Of a stretch of 64,000 nucleotides of DNA, positions 59,060 to 64,000 are shown in pieces; the stretch's first letter is position 1, and every line of letters begins with the position of its first letter. The notes beneath the pieces were generated by a model. It had not been told where the DNA came from. It saw nothing but the letters and a program-made list of their open reading frames with translations, and made no database searches. Location: assembly GCA_964437095.1 (NCBI GenBank), contig CAYTFH010000001.1:119072-183071 (forward strand), read 5' to 3'. A program made the translations under genes and the position numbers. The stretch comes from an uncultured bacterium (GTDB taxonomy: Bacteria > Sysuimicrobiota > Sysuimicrobiia > Sysuimicrobiales > Sysuimicrobiaceae).

Positions 59060-60000
59060 CACCACACTCCCAACCCGGCTAGGGCGGCCAGGCACGCCAC
59101 CAGCCACGACCGGGTCACGATCTTCGGCTCCTCCCAGCCCACCAGCTCGAAGTGGTGGTGGAGGGGCGAGCTGCGGAACACCCTGCGACCGCCCGTGGCA
59201 TTGAAGTACGCCACCTGCACTACCACGGAGGCCGCCTCCACCACGAACACCACACCCACCAGCACCAGCAGCAGCTCCGTGCGGGTGAGCACGGCCAGGG
59301 TGGCCACCGCGGCGCCCAGGGCCTGAGAGCCCACGTCGCCCATGATCACCTGGGCCGGGTGGGCGTTGAACCACAGAAAGCCCAGGCAGCTGCCCGCCAG
59401 GGCCGCGGCCAACGCGGCCAGCTCCGGCCGTCCGCTCCGGAGGGCTACCACCGTGTACGTCCCGAACGCCACCGCCCCGCAGCCCGCGGCCAGGCCGTCC
59501 AGGCCGTCGGTGAGGTTGACGCCGTTGGCGAAGCCCACCACGAACACCGCGGCGAAGGCCACGTACAGCCAGCCCAGCTCCCAGCTGCCACCCCACGGCA
59601 GCGCCAGGGCGGTCCCCTGCGGCGTGGTGCGGGCCGCGTACCAGCCCACGCCCAAGGCCACGGGCACCTGCAGGGCCAGCTTCTCTCGGGCGCGCAGGCC
59701 AAGGTTGCGGCCGCGGCGCAGGCTCAGCCAGTCGTCCACGAGGCCGATGGCCCCGTACGCCACGGTGGCGGCCACCGCCACCGCCAGGGCCGGCTCCCGG
59801 GAGGTCACCACCGCCGGCAACACCCCCCCGGCCAGGATGGCGAGCCCTCCCAGGGTGGGCGTGCCGGCCTTCTGCCTGTGCCGCGGTGGAGCGTCCTCCC
59901 GGATGGGTTGCCGGGCCGCCCGCCGCAGCCAGGGCAGCAGCAACCTCACCGACCCCGCGCACACCGCCGCACCCGCCAGCGCGTTCCACACCACGCTCAC
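59056..60000 (-). CDS. mraY: phospho-N-acetylmuramoyl-pentapeptide transferase
   Basis: GTPTLGG, DDWLSL, NGVNLTDGLDGLA motifs; GTG overlaps the murF TGA. Confidence 0.9.
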   Translation of the reverse strand: MSVVWNALAGAAVCAGSVRLLLPWLRRAARQPIREDAPPRHRQKAGTPTLGGLAILAGGVLPAVVTSREPALAVAVAATVAYGAIGLVDDWLSLRRGRNLGLRAREKLALQVPVALGVGWYAARTTPQGTALALPWGGSWELGWLYVAFAAVFVVGFANGVNLTDGLDGLAAGCGAVAFGTYTVVALRSGRPELAALAAALAGSCLGFLWFNAHPAQVIMGDVGSQALGAAVATLAVLTRTELLLVLVGVVFVVEAASVVVQVAYFNATGGRRVFRSSPLHHHFELVGWEEPKIVTRSWLVACLAALAGLGVWW

Positions 60001-61361
60001 CGCCGCGCCACCGCCTCCGCCACGCGCTCCAGCTGCAGAGCCCGGGAGCCTTTGACCAGCACCAGGTCGCCCGGGCGGACCCGGCCCGCCACCCAGCGGG
60101 CGGCGGCCTCCGCGTCCGGGCACCACACCACGGAGGATTCCGGCAGGCCCGCCTGCTGCGCGGCTTCCGCCAGCTCCCGCGCCCCTTCCCCCACCGCCAC
60201 CAGCACGTCCACGCCCTGCTCCGCGCACCTCCGCCCCACCAGCTGGTGCGCCTCGTGGTGCAGGGGGCCCAGCTCCCGCATCTCCCCCAACACGGCCACC
60301 ACCCGGCGGCTTGCCCGCAAGGCCCGCACGGCCTCCAGCGCCGCCTCCACGGACAGGGGGCTGGCGTTGTACGCGTCGTTGAGCAGCAGCACGTCACCCG
60401 CGAGATACACCACCTGCAACCGCATGGGCGGAGGGGTGAAGCCCTCCAGGGCTTCCACCGCGTCCTGCAAGGGGACCCCTTCCGCCAGCCCCACGGCCAA
60501 CGCCGCCAGGGCGTTGAGCACCAGGGACGCGGACGGCACCCGCAACAAGACCGGGGCGGAGCCTGCGGGCGTGCAGACCCGGAACCGTACTCCCTCGGCG
60601 CTCGCGGCCACGTCCTCGGCGCGCACGTGGGCGTCCCCACAGGTCCCGTAATACACCACCCGCGCCACGGTCAGGCTGGCCATGGCGCGTACCCTGGGGT
60701 CGTCCGCGTTCAGCACCGCCACCCCATCCCGGGGCAAAGCGGCCACCAGCTCGGCCTTCGCCCGCGCCACCTGGTCGAGGGATCCCAGCTGCTCCGTGTG
60801 GGCCGCGCCCACGCGGGTCACCACGCCCACCGCGGGCCGGGCCACCTCGCACAGGGAGGCGATCTGGCCCAGCCCCCGCATGGCCATCTCCAGCACCGCG
60901 TAGCGGTGCTCACCTCCCAGACTGAACACCGCCAGGGGGACGCCCAGTTCCGCGTTCCACTCGGGCCGGGAAGCGGCGGTGGGGTAGCGGGTCTTCAGGA
61001 CCGCGGCCACCATCTGCACGGTGGTGGACTTGCCCACGCTGCCCGTCACGCCCACCACCCTCACCGGGAGTTTCCGGCGCCACGCCGCGGCCAGGGGCAG
61101 CAGCGCCCTCCGGGTCGCCGGGACCTGCACTTGGGCGGCCGCGCAGTCCACGGGACGCTCCACCAGCACCGCGGAAGCCCCACGCCGGGCGGCGTCCGCG
61201 GCGAAGTCGTGCCCGTCGTGCCGGGGACCCCGTAAGGCCACGAACAGGGCGTCCGGGCCACACCGCCGGCTGTCGGTACACACGTGGGTCACCACCGCGT
61301 GCGGCTCGCCCGCCACCACCCGGCCTCCCACCGCCTGGGCCACCTCGGCCACGGTCAGCAC
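59997..61361 (-). CDS. murF: UDP-N-acetylmuramoyl-tripeptide--D-alanyl-D-alanine ligase
   Basis: GVTGSVGKSTT P-loop. Start ambiguous among three in-frame GTGs at 61361, 61376 and 61388. Confidence 0.85.
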   Translation of the reverse strand: MLTVAEVAQAVGGRVVAGEPHAVVTHVCTDSRRCGPDALFVALRGPRHDGHDFAADAARRGASAVLVERPVDCAAAQVQVPATRRALLPLAAAWRRKLPVRVVGVTGSVGKSTTVQMVAAVLKTRYPTAASRPEWNAELGVPLAVFSLGGEHRYAVLEMAMRGLGQIASLCEVARPAVGVVTRVGAAHTEQLGSLDQVARAKAELVAALPRDGVAVLNADDPRVRAMASLTVARVVYYGTCGDAHVRAEDVAASAEGVRFRVCTPAGSAPVLLRVPSASLVLNALAALAVGLAEGVPLQDAVEALEGFTPPPMRLQVVYLAGDVLLLNDAYNASPLSVEAALEAVRALRASRRVVAVLGEMRELGPLHHEAHQLVGRRCAEQGVDVLVAVGEGARELAEAAQQAGLPESSVVWCPDAEAAARWVAGRVRPGDLVLVKGSRALQLERVAEAVARR

Positions 61362-62842
61362 GGGCGCCCGCTGCACGGGGCCTCCCACCCCAGCTCCCGC
61401 AGCGCCTCCCGCGCCACCTCCCGGTCGTCGAAGGGGACGCTGCGGTCCGCGAAGATCTGGACGGTCTCGTGTCCCTTGCCGCAGATGAGCACCGCGTCCC
61501 CGGCTTTCGCCAGGCTCACGGCCCGGCGGATGGCCGCGGCCCGGTCCGGCTCCACCTCGTAGGTGGCGTGCGCGCCCGGCGCGCGCACGCCCTCCACGAT
61601 CTCCTGCACGATGCGCAGGGGGTCCTCACTGCGGGGGTTGTCGGAGGTGACCACCACGTGGTCGGCCAGCTGCGCGGCGACCCGGCCCATCAACGGCCGC
61701 TTGCCCCGGTCGCGGTCCCCGCCGCACCCGAACACCGCGATCACCCGGCCGCGGCTGATCTCCCGAGCCGTGCCGAGCACGTGCGCCAGACCGTCCGGGG
61801 TGTGGGCGTAGTCCACCACCACCAGGAAGGGCTGCCCTGCGTCCACCCGCTCGAACCGGCCAGGGATGGCGGAAACCTGCGCCAACGCCTCCGCCGCCTG
61901 CTCCGGAGGGATCCCCCAGTGCAGGCCTACGGCCATGGCGCACAGGGCGTTGTACACGTTGAACCTGCCCGAAAGCCGCAGTCGCACCGTGGCCCGCCCG
62001 GCGGGGGTGATGGCCTGGAACCGGCACCCCTCAGGGTCCACCCTCACGTCCTCGGCCCGGACCGCGGCTTGCGGCCGCAGGCCGTAGGTCACCACGGGAG
62101 CCCTGCTGCGGGACGCCATGTACGCGCCGTGGGGGTCGTCCCGGTTCACCACCGTGAGCCCCCCGGGATCTACACGCTCGAACAGCTTGGCCTTGGCGTC
62201 CCGGTACGCCTCCCACGTCCCGTGGAAGTCCAGGTGGTCCTGGGTGAGGTTGGTGAACGCCGCCACCCGGAAGTGCACCCCGCCCACCCGTTCCTGCGCG
62301 AGGGCGTGGGACGCCACCTCCACCGCTGCGGCCCGCCGGCCGGAGCGCACCATGCGGGCCAGGAGGGCGTGCAGGTCGGGGGCCTCCGGGGTGGTGCGCT
62401 CCAGTGGCTGCCAGCCGTCCCCGGTCCACGCGCCCAGGGTGCCCACCAGTCCGCACCGCACCCCCGCGGCTTCCAGGACCGCCCGCACCAGAAAGGTCAC
62501 CGTACCCTTGCCGTTGGTGCCCGTGACCCCCACCACCTCCAGCTTCCGGGAAGGGTGGCCCCAAAAGGCGGAGGCCACGGGCCCCATGGCCCCGCGCACG
62601 GACGGGACCACCACCTGCGGGACCGGGACGTCCACCGCCCGTTCCACCAACACCGCGCTCGCTCCCCGCTCACACGCCTCGCCCACAAACGCGTGGCCGT
62701 CGTGCTTGCCGCCCGGTACCGCGCAGAACAGGTCCTGCGGCCGCACCCGGCGGGAGTCGTAGGCGATGCCGCACACCTCCACGTCGTCTCGGCCGCGCAC
62801 CTGGTAAGCGGAGAGGTGGGACAGAAGCTCCCGAAGACGCAA
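61355..62842 (-). CDS. murE: UDP-N-acetylmuramoyl-L-alanyl-D-glutamate--2,6-diaminopimelate ligase
   Basis: GVTGTNGKGT, DNPR (meso-DAP type); SD GGGAGG + TTG. Confidence 0.9.
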   Translation of the reverse strand: MRLRELLSHLSAYQVRGRDDVEVCGIAYDSRRVRPQDLFCAVPGGKHDGHAFVGEACERGASAVLVERAVDVPVPQVVVPSVRGAMGPVASAFWGHPSRKLEVVGVTGTNGKGTVTFLVRAVLEAAGVRCGLVGTLGAWTGDGWQPLERTTPEAPDLHALLARMVRSGRRAAAVEVASHALAQERVGGVHFRVAAFTNLTQDHLDFHGTWEAYRDAKAKLFERVDPGGLTVVNRDDPHGAYMASRSRAPVVTYGLRPQAAVRAEDVRVDPEGCRFQAITPAGRATVRLRLSGRFNVYNALCAMAVGLHWGIPPEQAAEALAQVSAIPGRFERVDAGQPFLVVVDYAHTPDGLAHVLGTAREISRGRVIAVFGCGGDRDRGKRPLMGRVAAQLADHVVVTSDNPRSEDPLRIVQEIVEGVRAPGAHATYEVEPDRAAAIRRAVSLAKAGDAVLICGKGHETVQIFADRSVPFDDREVAREALRELGWEAPCSGRPC

Positions 62843-62891
62843 CGCGGCCTCCCAGCGCGTGACAGACCGTTCCCATTATAGGCGTCCGTCT

Positions 62892-64000
62892 TCAGTCCCC
62901 GCCCCGGTGCCGGACGACCTGGGGGCCGGACTCCGTGGGCGGGATCCCCAGGACCCACAGGGCCTGGGAAGCGATGCGGCTGAAGACGGGTGCGGCCACC
63001 ACACCTCCGTAGTACGCACCCTGAGCTTCGTCCACCACCACCAGGATCGCCAGCCTGGGTCGATCCGAGGGGACCACGCCCACGAAGGACGCCACGTACC
63101 GGCCGGACTGGTAGCCGCCCGACGGCGACGGTTTCTGCGCGGTGCCCGTCTTGCCGGCCACCCGGTAGCCCTGGACCGCGGCCGCGGTGCCCGTGCCGTC
63201 GGTGACCACGCCCTCCATCATGCGCAGCATGGCCACGGCCACGGAACCCGACAACACCCGCACCCCAGCCTCCTGGCCCAGCTGGCGGACGGTCCCGTCC
63301 GGCTGGCGTAACGCCGCGGCCACGTGGGGCCGCACCAGGAACCCTCCGTTGGCCACCGCCGCCGCGAACCGCACCAGCTGCAGGGGTGTCACGGCCACGC
63401 CCTGGCCGATGGCCACCACGTACGGGTCCGTGAGGGACCACTCGGGGGTTGGCCGGAGGATCCCCGGGGACTCCCCCGGCAGGTCCACCCCGGTGGGGCG
63501 GCCGAACCCGAACCGCACCAACGCCCGGTACAGCCGCTGCGGCCCCAGGGCCGCGCCCACCTGCGCGGAGGCCACGTTGCACGACAGCCGGACCACGTCG
63601 GCCACGCCCACGCGGCCGTGGGCCTGCCCGTGTGCGTCCCGGATAGTGTAACCACCCGGGATCGAAAGGGTACCCTGGCACAGGAAGCGCGAACGCTCGT
63701 GCACCACGCCCTCTTCCAGCGCCGCGGCCAGCACCGCCAGCTTCAGGGTGGACCCCGGCTCGTAGGCTTCCAGGACACGGTTGCGCCACGCCTGGGGCGC
63801 CTCCGCGAAGCGGTTGGGGTCGAAGCCCGGCACGCTGGCTGCGGCCAACAGCTCCCCGGTGTGGACGTCCATGACCACCGCCGCGCCGCCCTTCGCTCGG
63901 TGCTCCTGGACCGCGCGCGCCAGCTCCCGCTCCGCCACGTACTGCACCACGCTGTCCAGGGTCAGAACCAGGTCCGCCCCCGGCCGCGCAGGGGAGAGGA
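62892..64000 (-). CDS. ftsI: penicillin-binding protein 2/FtsI transpeptidase, 5' partial (continues beyond window)
   Basis: STLK, SCN, KTGT transpeptidase motifs; reading frame stays open to the window end. Confidence 0.85.
   Translation of the reverse strand, partial: LSPARPGADLVLTLDSVVQYVAERELARAVQEHRAKGGAAVVMDVHTGELLAAASVPGFDPNRFAEAPQAWRNRVLEAYEPGSTLKLAVLAAALEEGVVHERSRFLCQGTLSIPGGYTIRDAHGQAHGRVGVADVVRLSCNVASAQVGAALGPQRLYRALVRFGFGRPTGVDLPGESPGILRPTPEWSLTDPYVVAIGQGVAVTPLQLVRFAAAVANGGFLVRPHVAAALRQPDGTVRQLGQEAGVRVLSGSVAVAMLRMMEGVVTDGTGTAAAVQGYRVAGKTGTAQKPSPSGGYQSGRYVASFVGVVPSDRPRLAILVVVDEAQGAYYGGVVAAPVFSRIASQALWVLGIPPTESGPQVVRHRGGD

Overview
64-kb window from a ~70% GC bacterial chromosome. 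Gene content and dcw-cluster order suggest a thermophilic high-GC Firmicutes/Limnochordia-like lineage, but this is inference only. Coding density is very high, with many GTG/TTG starts and recurrent 4-nt GTGA/ATGA start-stop overlaps. Mostly minus-strand operons, in order along the window: VapBC toxin-antitoxin; a Crp-family regulator and a Tat-signal protein; a DsrE-like protein plus an OsmC-family gene with an in-frame TGA at the catalytic Cys position (selenoprotein candidate); a decayed mer locus (MerB-like gene, small vicinal-Cys membrane protein, 5'-truncated merA with amber codon); an ECF sigma / ZAS anti-sigma pair carrying two frameshifts, followed by three membrane proteins that share a ~19-aa tandem repeat, one of them very Met-rich; ArsR; moeA-mobB fusion and mobA; gnd-zwf-pgl and proS; a sulfur-trafficking block (thioredoxin-like, DUF4395, rhodanese, TauE exporter); a sulfate-assimilation/siroheme operon (sat, sulfite reductase fused to a CysO-like sulfur-carrier domain, cysH, cysC with an N-terminal extension, hemD, sirC, cobA); a disrupted FMN reductase carrying a palindromic repeat insertion; nirA-nirD fusion plus an FNT channel; plsC-apgM-HAD-dapF-ddl-VWA-HK-RR-htrA; a rhomboid/CoA-binding/ACT/MetY-like/EamA group; nfo; ABC-2 transporter and S2P protease; and the dcw cluster from ftsZ through ftsI (ftsI truncated at the window end). 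No rRNA, tRNA, CRISPR, transposase or integrase was recognised.
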